64,000 bases of DNA, from positions 4,512,001-4,576,000 of the forward strand of contig OZ242374.1 of NCBI GenBank assembly GCA_965209055.1. The letters run 5' to 3'. Numbering within the stretch: the stretch's first letter is position 1; each line of letters opens with the position of its first letter. A model generated the notes under the pieces. It was not told where the DNA came from, ran no database searches, and worked only from the letters and a program-made list of their open reading frames with translations. A program made the position numbers and the translations under genes. The DNA is from Acidobacteriota bacterium (GTDB taxonomy: Bacteria > Acidobacteriota > UBA6911 > RPQK01 > JAJDTT01). This document shows positions 48,236 to 60,500 of the stretch, piece by piece.

Positions 48236-48550
48236 ATGACCACGGCCCAATCGGAAAAGATATACCGCCGGAACGTAGCCTGGGGGCGCGGCATCCGGCG
48301 GATCGTGGACATCTGCCGCGACGCCGGAAACCCGGCGCCGACCTGGCGGCTCGATACAGGCGGCGATGGACTGTGGGTGGAGTCCCCGTTTTCGGGGACC
48401 TATTAGGCCGCCGACTCCGGCGCGCGCTGGAACGCGGCGGGGGGCATTGCCCGGGACACAACCCAGAAAAGCCGCGCCACCACCCAGAAGACTACGTGGG
48501 ATTCCGCCGGTGACCGGATCGTGGACTGCCTGAGGGCCGAGCCTAGGCTG
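48236..48550 (+). pseudogene. Remnant of ATP-binding (HATPase_c_4)/HTH protein
   Basis: AWGRGIRRIVDICRDAGNPAPTW..GLWV then TTQK repeats and DRIVDCLRAEPRLS, with stop/frameshift. Confidence 0.5.
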
Positions 48551-48724
48551 AGCTGGAATGCTGAGGCTCGTCTCATCTGGCTAAAATTCGAACTACCCAA
48601 GAAGCCCACGCCGTGCCTCGAATACGTCGTCCACGAGATGGTTCATCTCGCCGGGCCGAGCCACAATGTGTGCTTCCATGAGATCCTGGACCGGGTGATT
48701 CTGGGCTGGCCTCTGCGCGCCTAA
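48551..48724 (+). pseudogene. YgjP/M48-like metallopeptidase C-terminal remnant
   Basis: IWLKFELPKKPTPCLEYVVHEMVHL..HNVCF..ILDR..GW (HExxH..H). Confidence 0.6.
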
Positions 48725-48886
48725 GAGTTGAACCGCGCCCATCCTGCCGATGAGAAATGGGACGAATCGAAGCCCAGCGGACTGCGTTGCGATTCGGGCA
48801 CATATTCCCAGTATGCACTCGAATCGCGCCTTGTCCGGCGGGCACAGGAACGGTTTCGGTGCTCGCGAGACTTTCACCACGGCCCC

Positions 48887-49816
48887 CTACTGGGCGCGTT
48901 GGATGTGCCTGAGCAGCTCGCCCCTGGTGGTGAGGATCAGGATGGTCTTGGCGTCCACGCCCCGCTCGTAGGTCTCCATGCTCTTCATGAAGGCGTAGAA
49001 CGAAGCGTCCCGGTTGTACGCCTCGGCGTAGATCTGGGTCGCCTCGCCGTCGGCCCGGCCGCGGGTTTCCTGAGCCGTCTTGTACGCTTCCGACTGAATC
49101 CGCTGCAGCTCCCTCTCCCGCTCGCCCCGGATCCGGGCAGCCTCGCCCTGACCTTCAGACCGGTAGCGCTCGGCGATCCGGTTGCGTTCGGCGATCATGC
49201 GGGCAAAGACGTCCTTCTGAACCTCTTCCACGTAGTTGATCCGCTTGAGCTGGAGATCGATGAGCTCGATCCCGAAGTCGGCCACCTTGGGCGTAGCGGT
49301 CTCCAGAATTTCCCGGGTGATGGCCTGACGCCCGGTCTCGATGGTCTCCAGCACCGAGGTCTCCTCTTCGGCTTGGTCCTGGGCATCCTGGGGCTCCCGG
49401 TTGCTGGTCCGGACCACCTCCACCAAGTCGTGGCGGGCGATGGCATTGCGGGTCTCGCCGTCCAGGATGTCGTCCAATCGGGACTGTGCCCTGGGTTCGT
49501 CCCGCATCCGCTCCAGGAATCGGAGCGGATCGCTGATGCGCCACCTGGCATAGGTGTCGACCCAGATGAACCGCTTGTCCTTGGTCGGCATCTGGTCCGC
49601 GTCTCCGTCCCACTCCAGAAAACGCTTGTCGAAATAGTTGGCCGTCTGGATGAAGGGAAGTTTGAAATGCAGACCCGGATCGGTGACCGGATTGCCCACC
49701 GGTCTGCCCAACTGGGTGATGATGACCTGCTCGGTTTCGTTCGTGACGTAGGTCCCGTTCACCACCAGGGCGAGGACGGCCACAACCAGGATCAGATAGA
49801 GCTGCCGGCCCTTCAT
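48887..49816 (-). CDS. hflC: FtsH modulator HflC
   Basis: EQVIITQLGRPV..PGLHFKLPF; TKDKRFIWVD; RMIAERNRIAERYRSEG; YAEAYNRDASFY. Confidence 0.92.
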   Translation of the reverse strand: MKGRQLYLILVVAVLALVVNGTYVTNETEQVIITQLGRPVGNPVTDPGLHFKLPFIQTANYFDKRFLEWDGDADQMPTKDKRFIWVDTYARWRISDPLRFLERMRDEPRAQSRLDDILDGETRNAIARHDLVEVVRTSNREPQDAQDQAEEETSVLETIETGRQAITREILETATPKVADFGIELIDLQLKRINYVEEVQKDVFARMIAERNRIAERYRSEGQGEAARIRGERERELQRIQSEAYKTAQETRGRADGEATQIYAEAYNRDASFYAFMKSMETYERGVDAKTILILTTRGELLRHIQRAQ

Positions 49817-50823
49817 TGGTCCGTTCCCTCCGCCCGCGATCGGCCCGGGATCAACTTCTCCAGAGACTCCATGGGGAGCAGCGGGATGACACCGTCGGCA
49901 TCCTGGTCCAGAAACAGTTTGCGGCCTGATAGAGGCAGGATCTTCTGCATGGTCTCCAGGTACATCCGCCGCCGGGTGACCTCGGGCGCCCGGCGGTAGG
50001 CGTCGTGCAAGGACTTGAAGCGGGAGGCGTCCCCCTTGGCCTGGTTGACGCGTTCGAGGGCGTAGCCCTGAGCCTGCAGAACGGCCTGTTCCGCTTCACC
50101 CTTGGCCCGGGGGATCACCTTGTTGTACTCGGCGCGAGCCTCGTTGATGAGGCGGTCCATCTGTTGCTGGGCCTGGTTCACCTCGTCCCACGACGGTTTC
50201 ACGGGATCGGGGGGATTCACGTTCTGCAAGACGACCTGGTCCACGGTGATGCCGGTCTCATACTGCTTGCAGAGATTCTGAAGCTTCTGCTCCGCGCTGT
50301 CCTCGATTTCCTGGCGGCCCACGGTCAAGACCTCGGTGACGGTCCGGTCTCCCACCACCTCGCGCATCACCGCTTCGTTCATGTCCCGAAACGTCTCCTG
50401 GACGTTCCGGACCTTGAAGAGAAAAAGGTAGGGATCGGTGATCCGGTACTGGACGATCCACTCCACCACCGCCACGTTCAGATCTCCGGTGAGCATCAAC
50501 GACTCGTCCAGGAACCGCTTGGAGGCGTATCGCGTCCGGATCTCCGGCTGGGCGGTCCGAAACCCGAATTCCTGCTTGAGCTGACGCTGCACCGGGACTT
50601 TCAATACATCTTCCACGAAGGGGAGCTTGAAGCGAAGGCCCGGTTGGGCGGAGCGAACATGACGCCCGAAAAAAAGGACGACTCCGACCTCTTCCGGCTG
50701 CACCTGGTAGACGGTCCCGAAGGCCGTAATCGCCGCCAGAACGACCAGGATTCCTACTCGGACATACCTCCAATTGATTTTCGGAGGACGAAACTCGGGC
50801 ATGTCGAAAACTTGGTCAGCCAT
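49813..50823 (-). CDS. hflK: FtsH modulator HflK
   Basis: EVGVVLFFG..PGLRFKLPF; LMLTGDLN; VNPPDPV; APEVTRRRMYLETMQ. Confidence 0.92.
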   Translation of the reverse strand: MADQVFDMPEFRPPKINWRYVRVGILVVLAAITAFGTVYQVQPEEVGVVLFFGRHVRSAQPGLRFKLPFVEDVLKVPVQRQLKQEFGFRTAQPEIRTRYASKRFLDESLMLTGDLNVAVVEWIVQYRITDPYLFLFKVRNVQETFRDMNEAVMREVVGDRTVTEVLTVGRQEIEDSAEQKLQNLCKQYETGITVDQVVLQNVNPPDPVKPSWDEVNQAQQQMDRLINEARAEYNKVIPRAKGEAEQAVLQAQGYALERVNQAKGDASRFKSLHDAYRRAPEVTRRRMYLETMQKILPLSGRKLFLDQDADGVIPLLPMESLEKLIPGRSRAEGTDQ

Positions 50824-50919
50824 GTTGAAAGCTCTACCGAATCAAAGAAAAGGATAACAGAGATGGTCCCCGTCGGCAGAATGAATTCGAAAGCGGGTGC
50901 GCCATGAGGCCGAAGAGTG

Positions 50920-52197
50920 TCATGGGGAGCCGGCCGGCGATCCGTCGTATGCCCGGCTCACTTCGTCCACGATGATGTCGAGTCCGCATTCGATCCGGTC
51001 CCAGTCGTCGGCGTAACTGATGCGAATGCATTCCCGCTTGTGCCGCCAGTCGTCCTCCTCGAGTCCCGGAAAGAAGTAGTGGCCCGATACGACGATGACA
51101 CCGCGCGCTTTGAGCCGTTTGTAGAGCGTGGCGTTGGTCATGGGGAGGCCCGGCATCCAGAGCCAGAGAAAAAACGCGCCCTCCGGTTTGTGAATACGGA
51201 TCGGGTAGTCCTCCAGCCCGGCGCGGAGCCGGTTCACGGCGAGCTCCGCGCGATCCTGGTAGTGGGGCCGGATGACCTCCCGGACCAAAGCCAGGACCTC
51301 GCCGCTCTCGATGAGATCGGTGGCGAGGGCGGGTCCGAGCCTGCCGGGCGACAGGCAGAAGATGGCCGTGGCGGCGGCCAAAGCGGCGACGATCTCCTCG
51401 TTCGCGATGACGATCCCGGTGCGCAACCCGGGAAGTCCGAGTTTCGACAGACTCATGCAGACCACCATCTGCTCGTCCCATACCGGGGTGTCCTGATCGA
51501 AGACGATGCCCGGGAAGGGCGATCCGTAGGCCGTGTCCAGGATGAGGGGCACACCGCGGGAACGGGCGGCGGCGCGAAGCCGGTCGACCTCCAGGTCGGT
51601 GACCACGTTGCCGGTCGGATTGGACGGACGGGACACGCAGATTGCTCCAATGTCCTCGACACCGTCCATCTCCTCGAAGTCCACCCCGTATTTGAACAGC
51701 TTGCCGCCCAGCTCATGGATGGTCGAGCGGCAGGCGGTCAGCAGGCCGGGCGTGAGCCCCAGGTCCGCGTAGCCGATGTACTCCGGCGCCAGCGGCAGCA
51801 GGATGCGGCGCATGCTCCGGCCGGCATCCATGGGGCCGGCCAGGAGATTGAACAGGGGCAGGAAAGCGGATTGGCTCCCGTTGGTCAGGGCGATGTTTCG
51901 CTCACTGATATCCCAGCCCAGTTCTCTCCGCAGGAATCGGGCCAGAGCGCGGGCGAAATCCCGGTCTCCGTCCGGTCCGCCGTAAAAGCCGACCGCCTGC
52001 TCGAACGCCCCTTCGCGCTCCAGTAGCGCCTGCATCCGGCGGCGATACCGCGCGACGGCCGCCGGGACGAGGCTGGGATTGCCTCCTCCGAGATTCATAA
52101 TCGAGCCGCCGGACGCTGCAATTCCACCCAGGTCGTCCATCAGCGACCAGGTCCCCGAGTCACCCAACAGCCGCCGTCCGAACGCCGAAAAATCCAT
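50920..52197 (-). CDS. avtA: Valine--pyruvate transaminase
   Basis: SLMDDL; LGGGNP; NIALTNGSQSAF; LPLAPEYIGYAD; VSRPSNPTGNV; SLSKLGLPGLRTG; CIRISY. Confidence 0.88.
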   Translation of the reverse strand: MDFSAFGRRLLGDSGTWSLMDDLGGIAASGGSIMNLGGGNPSLVPAAVARYRRRMQALLEREGAFEQAVGFYGGPDGDRDFARALARFLRRELGWDISERNIALTNGSQSAFLPLFNLLAGPMDAGRSMRRILLPLAPEYIGYADLGLTPGLLTACRSTIHELGGKLFKYGVDFEEMDGVEDIGAICVSRPSNPTGNVVTDLEVDRLRAAARSRGVPLILDTAYGSPFPGIVFDQDTPVWDEQMVVCMSLSKLGLPGLRTGIVIANEEIVAALAAATAIFCLSPGRLGPALATDLIESGEVLALVREVIRPHYQDRAELAVNRLRAGLEDYPIRIHKPEGAFFLWLWMPGLPMTNATLYKRLKARGVIVVSGHYFFPGLEEDDWRHKRECIRISYADDWDRIECGLDIIVDEVSRAYDGSPAGSP

Positions 52198-52225
52198 GCT
52201 CACCTTGAGTCGCGTCCTCCCCTGT

Positions 52226-53518
52226 CTAGTCCACGGCGTTGGCCACGAGCTTCAGGATCCCGTCGTAACGTCCCAGAGCGAGGCTTCCGTCTTCGGACAG
52301 AGCCAGGGCCAGGATGGAATCGGGCTCAGGATCCCAAGCCCCGACGCGAGACAGCGGATTCGAGTCCCAGATTTTGACGACCCGATCGGTTCCGCCGGTG
52401 ACGATCTTCCGGCCGTCCGCAGAGTAGACGATGTGCTCCGTCCCCCTCCGATGCGCCACAACAGAGCGTTTTACCTGCCACTCCTCTCCGTCCCGGACCC
52501 AGATCCGTATGGTCCCGTCGCCCCCCGCAGTCGCAATCTGGCCGCCTTCCGGATGGACGGCCACGCCGAATAGGGGACCCTCGGCTCCGGTCAAGGTGAA
52601 GAGCCGCCGGAGCGAGGCGACATCCCAGACCTTTACCGTTCCGTCCGCCGAAGCGGATACGAGTTCGTTTCCCGAAGGCAGGAAACCGATGGAATAGATG
52701 GGCCCGTTGTGCTCCTCCAAGGCGCCGATCTCGGCTCCAGTTCGGACGTCCCACAAACGAACCACGCGATCGTAGCTGGAACTGGCCAGAAGGCGGCCGT
52801 CGGGACTGAAATCCAATGCGTAGACACAGTCGGAGTGCCCCTTCAGCTCGACCTGGAGCTGGGGCCCGTTCAGATTCCATACTCGAATCTCCCCTTGCCG
52901 GGCGGGAGCTCCGCCTCCGGCCGCCAACAGCTTTCCGTCGCGGCTGAAGCTGAGGCTCCGGACCAGGTCCCGGGGACCTTCGAGACTGTGAAGGGTTCGG
53001 TTCTCAACCAGGTCCAGAAGCTCGACCTGCCGGAAACCTCCCCGCGCCAGCCACTTCTCACTGGGATGGAAAGCCAAAGCGGCGAGCGGGGGCTCCACGT
53101 CGACTTGGGGACGAATATCGGGAATGGGGACCTCATCGTCGGCGGCCGCCGGCGTCGCCGGAGGCCGGGCACTGGCGTCGATCCAGGCTCTCACCAGTTG
53201 GATCTGTTCGGCCGGCAACTGGCCGTTGAGGGGCATTCTGGGCTCGGCCGTTCCCTCCAGCATCCTCACCAGGAGGCTCTGATCTGCATGACCCGCCACC
53301 AAAGGGGTTCCCTGCTCTCCCCCCTTCATCAAGTCCTGGTAGCTCTCCAGGACCAATCCTCCCAGCTTCAGGGCCGAGCTGTGGCAACCCACGCACTCGC
53401 GCTGGAAGATGGGCAGGATATCCCGATTGAAATCAGGTTCGGGCGGCGACTGCACCGCCCCGAGGGTGGAAACCGGAATCAACAGGAGGAGAACCGGGAA
53501 ACAGGCCCGAAACCACAT
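52226..53518 (-). CDS. Planctomycete-type cytochrome c domain + WD40 repeat protein
   Basis: DFNRDILPIF..CVGCH..MP..WIDA; GHSDCVYALDFSPDGRLLASSSYD..LWD repeats. Confidence 0.88.
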   Translation of the reverse strand: MWFRACFPVLLLLIPVSTLGAVQSPPEPDFNRDILPIFQRECVGCHSSALKLGGLVLESYQDLMKGGEQGTPLVAGHADQSLLVRMLEGTAEPRMPLNGQLPAEQIQLVRAWIDASARPPATPAAADDEVPIPDIRPQVDVEPPLAALAFHPSEKWLARGGFRQVELLDLVENRTLHSLEGPRDLVRSLSFSRDGKLLAAGGGAPARQGEIRVWNLNGPQLQVELKGHSDCVYALDFSPDGRLLASSSYDRVVRLWDVRTGAEIGALEEHNGPIYSIGFLPSGNELVSASADGTVKVWDVASLRRLFTLTGAEGPLFGVAVHPEGGQIATAGGDGTIRIWVRDGEEWQVKRSVVAHRRGTEHIVYSADGRKIVTGGTDRVVKIWDSNPLSRVGAWDPEPDSILALALSEDGSLALGRYDGILKLVANAVD

Positions 53519-53556
53519 CGAATCTCGTCTCTTCTCCCGGTCTCTCCCTGTTCCCT

Positions 53557-53853
53557 CTAACCCGCGATTGACCTTCTGACGATGGTTTCTTGAAGTCCTT
53601 TCAGAAGCCCCTCCAGGTGCGCTATGCGCTCGCGGACCGCGGCAATCTGACGGTCCATCTGCGATTGAAACTCATCGAAGCGAGATTCCAGGGCGTCGAT
53701 CCTCCGATCCAAGGCATCGATCCTGCCATCCAGACGCTTTTCCATTCCGGCCATATCCTGACGAAGACCCCGGTTCGTGGCGAGGATCAACCCCGCCAAC
53801 GCAATGCCAATCGCCGCCATCGCCACGAGGACACTGATCAATTCGACGCTCAT
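53557..53853 (-). CDS. Small membrane-anchored coiled-coil protein
   Basis: N-terminal hydrophobic helix, then heptads RIDALDRRIDALESRFD..RERIAHLEG; RBS GGAGG. Confidence 0.7.
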   Translation of the reverse strand: MSVELISVLVAMAAIGIALAGLILATNRGLRQDMAGMEKRLDGRIDALDRRIDALESRFDEFQSQMDRQIAAVRERIAHLEGLLKGLQETIVRRSIAG

Positions 53854-54048
53854 GTTTCCTCCAGTGGAACCTACTGACTCGCTCAGATCCTGTCAATTAA
53901 ACGACGGACTACCGTTTATCCATGAGATTTTTCCACCAACAAATTTCTTTCGGCGGCTTCAGATCCATCCCGGGCAAACCATGGCCGGCAGCGCGGTTCC
54001 TTGACACTGCCTGCGGCGACCGCATAGCCTCGTTTCCGCGAACCTCCC

Positions 54049-56901
54049 ATGACTCGACGCCTCTCGGCTGTGTTCATTCTGGCAATGGCGGCGGCCGCAG
54101 TGTTCCGTTTCGGATCCGGGTGGATCCCTTCCGCAGGAAAGACGACGCAGGCCTCATCTCCTGCGCCTGGCTTCGACCCGTCGCAGCTACACCTCACCGT
54201 GAAGGTCTCGCTTGGACTGAAGGACACGGAGCTGCAGGATTGGAACGGAATCGCCCACCTGAACCGGGGCGATTTCCACCGGATCCAGGGTTGGAACTTC
54301 GACGAGGAGAGGTCCGAGGTGGTTCAGGAACCGAAGATCGCCTGGCGGGTCCGGAGCAAGCGCCCCGACGTGGACACGAGCTGGACCGTCAAGGGACTCG
54401 GGAATTCACGTCCTCGCTACGGCTTCAAGCTCACCCGCCCCGTGGGCGTCTGGCTGCAACTGGACTCGGTCCCGGGAGCCCGGATGGACGTGAACACGGT
54501 GCAGGGAGATTTCCAGGTCGACCTGGACCAGCTTCCGGATACGGATCCCCTGTCGTTTCTGGACGGCGCCGCTTCAGTGGAGAGATCCCCGGCGGCTCTC
54601 CCCGTTTCCCGCTCGCCCGGAGAAGAAGACTACCCGTCCGTCGTGACCGGTCCCGACGGCCGGCTCCACGCGGCCTGGATCCAATACCAGGACGGGGCCG
54701 ATCACCTCTACCACAGCACGCTGGCCCGGAATGGCTGGGGGCCGCCCACCCGGATCCCTTCGGCCGGAGGGGAACCCATCTACGGATCGGTCCTGATCAC
54801 CGGTGGGCCCGGCGAGAGCCTCTGGCTCATCTACAATCAGCTTGCGCGAGACCAGTTCGACCTCTGGGCCCGCCAACTGAAACCCACTCTGGAAGATCCC
54901 ATCCAGTTGACCCGCCACCCGGGCAACGACATCAACCCGGTGACCGCTTCCGACGGCCGGGGGAGAAACTGGCTGGTCTGGCAGGGGCTGCGAGAAGGAA
55001 ACTCCGACATCTACGCCCTCTCCATCGCCGATTTCGGCCGGCTTCCGGACGAGATTCGCGTCACTGAGCATCCCGGGACCGACTGGCATCCGGCTGTCGC
55101 CGTCGACTCCAGGGGCGGGGCCGCCATCGTCTGGGACACCTACCGGAACGGCGACTACGACATCTATCTGAGAACCATCGGCCCCAGGGGCCGCCTGGGA
55201 AAGGTGGAACCGGTCTCGGCCACGCGGCATTTCGAAGCCAACGCGTCGGTGGTCTTCGACTCCCGGGACCGGCTCTGGGTCGCCTGGGAGGAATCGGGTC
55301 CCAAGTGGGGCAAGGACTACGCCCAGGAAAGCAACTTCGCGGCGACCCTGCTCCATTCCGACCGCAAGATTCGGATTCGCTGCCGCAGCCGGGGGAACTG
55401 GCACCGTATGGGACAGGACCCTGCAAGCCGCTTCCTGGACCTGCCTCTCAACTTCCAGGAACAGCCGCGGCTCCTGATGGGACGAAACGGCAACCTCTGG
55501 CTCATCTTCCGCCAATGGACCAGCCGCATGTACCCGGACGAGGTCTGGAACGTGTACGCCGTCCATTTCAACGGTGAGCAGTGGTCCAGACCGCGTGAGC
55601 TGGCCTTCAGCAGCGGCCGATTGACCCAGGAGTTTCCCGCGGCCGCACACCCGGACGGAAGCGTCTGGGTGCTCTATCCCACCGACTACCGCGCGGGCGG
55701 AAACCGGCGCCTGGGACAGTGGGACCTCTGGTCCTCGCGCCTGGCCGCGCCGCCGGCCACTGGCGAGGCCGTGGATCTGCGCCCGGTACCGGCCCCGGCG
55801 CCCGAGACGAGTTATTCGCCCACACCCAACAAGCTCTACGAGACAACGGTGGGGAGCAGGACCTATCGCCTCTATTACGGCGACCTGCACCGCCACACCG
55901 ATATCGTCGGTCACGGTTGGACCGACCTCTCTATCTCGGGTCAGTACCGTTACGCGCTGGACGGGGCGGAGCTGGATTTCATGGCCACGACGGACCACAA
56001 CCAGACCTACAACATGGTGGCGGGCGGGGAGAGGAAAGCCGGAAAGGAGGACGCGCTGGGCGAATATGGCTGGTGGCGGACCCAGAAGGTGGCGGACATG
56101 TACCTGTTTCCGGGCCGCTTCGTGTCCCTGTTCGGATACGAGCGGAGCATGGAATATCCGGGGGGACACCGCAATCTGATCTGGCCCGAGCGGCGCGGCG
56201 AACTGATCCCCGGCGACGTGGGCATCCCTTCGGACAACATTCCGCTGGGCCTCTGGGAAAGGCTCAAGGGGACCGACGGCATCTCCATCCCCCACTCTCC
56301 GTTGGGCCCGCGGGTGAGCTGGAAATGGCATGATCCGGTGAGCCAGCCGGTGCTGGAAATGTACCAGGGCTTCCGCCGCTCCTACGAGCACTCGGACGCA
56401 CTCCCCGAGGAGAGCCGGGGTCCGCTGGGAAACCGGCCCGAAGGACCCCACATGTTGTGGGACGCCCTGGCCCGGGGACACCGCATCGGCGTCATCGCCA
56501 GCTCCGACCATGAATCCACCCACATGTCCTACGCAGGCGTCTGGGCCACGGAGTTCACGCGGGAAGGAATCTTCCAGGGCCTGAAACAGCGCCACACCCT
56601 GGCCTCCACGGACAATATCGTCATCGACTTCCGTATCGGCGACGCCTTCATGGGGGACGAAACCACCGTCTCCGAGACCCCGAAGCTGGAAATCAAGGCC
56701 ATCGGGACCGGACCCATCCGCCAGATCGACGTGGTCAAGGACAACAGGTTCGTCTATCAGACCCGTCCCCACCAAAGGGAGGCATCGGTGACCTACCTGG
56801 ACCAGAACTCCGGACCGGGGACCAGCTACTACTACGTGAGGGTCATCCAGGAAGACGAAATGATGGCCTGGTCTTCAGCGATCTGGGTCACGCGACGGTA
56901 A
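54049..56901 (+). CDS. Secreted beta-propeller + PHP-fold (DUF3604/CehA-McbA-like) metallohydrolase
   Basis: Repeated P.V..D..G..W.VW..DIY blades; YYGDLHRHT, TTDH, IPH, ASSDH; C-term YYYVRVIQED..AWSS. Confidence 0.75.
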   Translation: MTRRLSAVFILAMAAAAVFRFGSGWIPSAGKTTQASSPAPGFDPSQLHLTVKVSLGLKDTELQDWNGIAHLNRGDFHRIQGWNFDEERSEVVQEPKIAWRVRSKRPDVDTSWTVKGLGNSRPRYGFKLTRPVGVWLQLDSVPGARMDVNTVQGDFQVDLDQLPDTDPLSFLDGAASVERSPAALPVSRSPGEEDYPSVVTGPDGRLHAAWIQYQDGADHLYHSTLARNGWGPPTRIPSAGGEPIYGSVLITGGPGESLWLIYNQLARDQFDLWARQLKPTLEDPIQLTRHPGNDINPVTASDGRGRNWLVWQGLREGNSDIYALSIADFGRLPDEIRVTEHPGTDWHPAVAVDSRGGAAIVWDTYRNGDYDIYLRTIGPRGRLGKVEPVSATRHFEANASVVFDSRDRLWVAWEESGPKWGKDYAQESNFAATLLHSDRKIRIRCRSRGNWHRMGQDPASRFLDLPLNFQEQPRLLMGRNGNLWLIFRQWTSRMYPDEVWNVYAVHFNGEQWSRPRELAFSSGRLTQEFPAAAHPDGSVWVLYPTDYRAGGNRRLGQWDLWSSRLAAPPATGEAVDLRPVPAPAPETSYSPTPNKLYETTVGSRTYRLYYGDLHRHTDIVGHGWTDLSISGQYRYALDGAELDFMATTDHNQTYNMVAGGERKAGKEDALGEYGWWRTQKVADMYLFPGRFVSLFGYERSMEYPGGHRNLIWPERRGELIPGDVGIPSDNIPLGLWERLKGTDGISIPHSPLGPRVSWKWHDPVSQPVLEMYQGFRRSYEHSDALPEESRGPLGNRPEGPHMLWDALARGHRIGVIASSDHESTHMSYAGVWATEFTREGIFQGLKQRHTLASTDNIVIDFRIGDAFMGDETTVSETPKLEIKAIGTGPIRQIDVVKDNRFVYQTRPHQREASVTYLDQNSGPGTSYYYVRVIQEDEMMAWSSAIWVTRR

Positions 56902-56956
56902 ACCGGACCCCTCTCACGGAATCTGCGCCCGTCCGGAGCCCCGCCGCCATCCCGGC

Positions 56957-57451
56957 TCAACGAGCCGCTGACGGAGGAATTTCCCCTCCCTCCAACCACC
57001 GGACCAAGGCCTTGCCCGGATCGGCGATCTCGTCAATGGACGTGTACCAGTAGGCCTCCCAGCCCGTCTCCGGCAAGCCGGCGAACAGCATCAGATTGAG
57101 CGGATAGGTTTCACTGTCCGTGCAGCGCCGAAAGTCGTCCCGGAATAGAAACACCGGCTTCTTCCAGGCGATCGCCAGCCCCAGCTCCACCATGACCCCT
57201 TCATCTGGCGGGCAACCGTTGACCACCCCGAAGAAGCCGTCCGCCTCCCTCACGTCTCTGACATCGGCCTGACCGACCCGGTAGGCCCACCCTGGACTTG
57301 AGACGTCCTCCTGCCCGTTTCGCGCGAAGGGTTCCCAGACCTCCGCCCCGATCCCTTCCAGAGCAGCGACCAGACCGGTCAGCGGCCCTTCCTGCAATTG
57401 CAGGGAAAAGCCGTACGGATTGGCCAGGTAAAGAATCTTCCTGAATGTCAT
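56957..57451 (-). CDS. Nucleoside 2-deoxyribosyltransferase family protein
   Basis: YLANPYGFS; DVRDVREAD; PPDEGVMVELGLA; YPLNLML. Confidence 0.88.
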   Translation of the reverse strand: MTFRKILYLANPYGFSLQLQEGPLTGLVAALEGIGAEVWEPFARNGQEDVSSPGWAYRVGQADVRDVREADGFFGVVNGCPPDEGVMVELGLAIAWKKPVFLFRDDFRRCTDSETYPLNLMLFAGLPETGWEAYWYTSIDEIADPGKALVRWLEGGEIPPSAAR

Positions 57452-57506
57452 GTTGTTTCACCTGATTTTGGCTCGAGCCGGCCAGAGGACACCGGCTCAT
57501 GGGACG

Positions 57507-59915
<2,409 letters not shown>

Positions 59916-59990
59916 GTCGAAACCAGATCAAGCACCGAAGTGTTCACATCGCGAGGCCCGGCGATGCTTCCACACATATCTTTAAGATCA

Positions 59991-60464
59991 CTAACGCCCC
60001 ACATCCCGAATCGACTTCCCAAATTCGTTTTCCCAGTCGCTGACCATCTCGAAATCGCTCTGGGTCACCCTCCAGGATCCGAACTCCCGCTCCAACAGGA
60101 AGGACTGGCGGGTGTTGCGGTCGTTGTAGACCGTCTCGGTCAGGACGCGGACCTGATCCGGACTCAGTTCCTCCTGGCCCAGAATGGCCAGACCCTTGAC
60201 GGCGCTTCCGCGCCTCCGGAGCCACTCCGACAGCCAGGGCGCCGAGTCCCGCGCCAGCAGGTCTTCCAGGCGCCTTCTCAGGTCTCCGCCGAAGCACTCC
60301 TTGAGCGCCGCGACGTCACCGCGCTCCATGGCCTGAACCATGGCGATCAGGACGTCGTCCGGATTCTCTTCCCTCTCCGTGTCCTTGACGGGGGTCTCGC
60401 GTGTGACGAAATAGAGGAAACAGCCGAGGATCGCCAGCAGGGAGAACCATTTCCTGGGTTCCAT
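59991..60464 (-). CDS. Membrane-anchored hypothetical protein, NTF2-like fold suspected
   Basis: N-terminal hydrophobic helix; DDVLIAMVQAMERGDVAALKECF..FLLEREFGSWRV. Confidence 0.65.
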   Translation of the reverse strand: MEPRKWFSLLAILGCFLYFVTRETPVKDTEREENPDDVLIAMVQAMERGDVAALKECFGGDLRRRLEDLLARDSAPWLSEWLRRRGSAVKGLAILGQEELSPDQVRVLTETVYNDRNTRQSFLLEREFGSWRVTQSDFEMVSDWENEFGKSIRDVGR

Positions 60465-60500
60465 CTCCGTCTCCCCGAGGGTCCGCTTCGCCGGCGTCCC

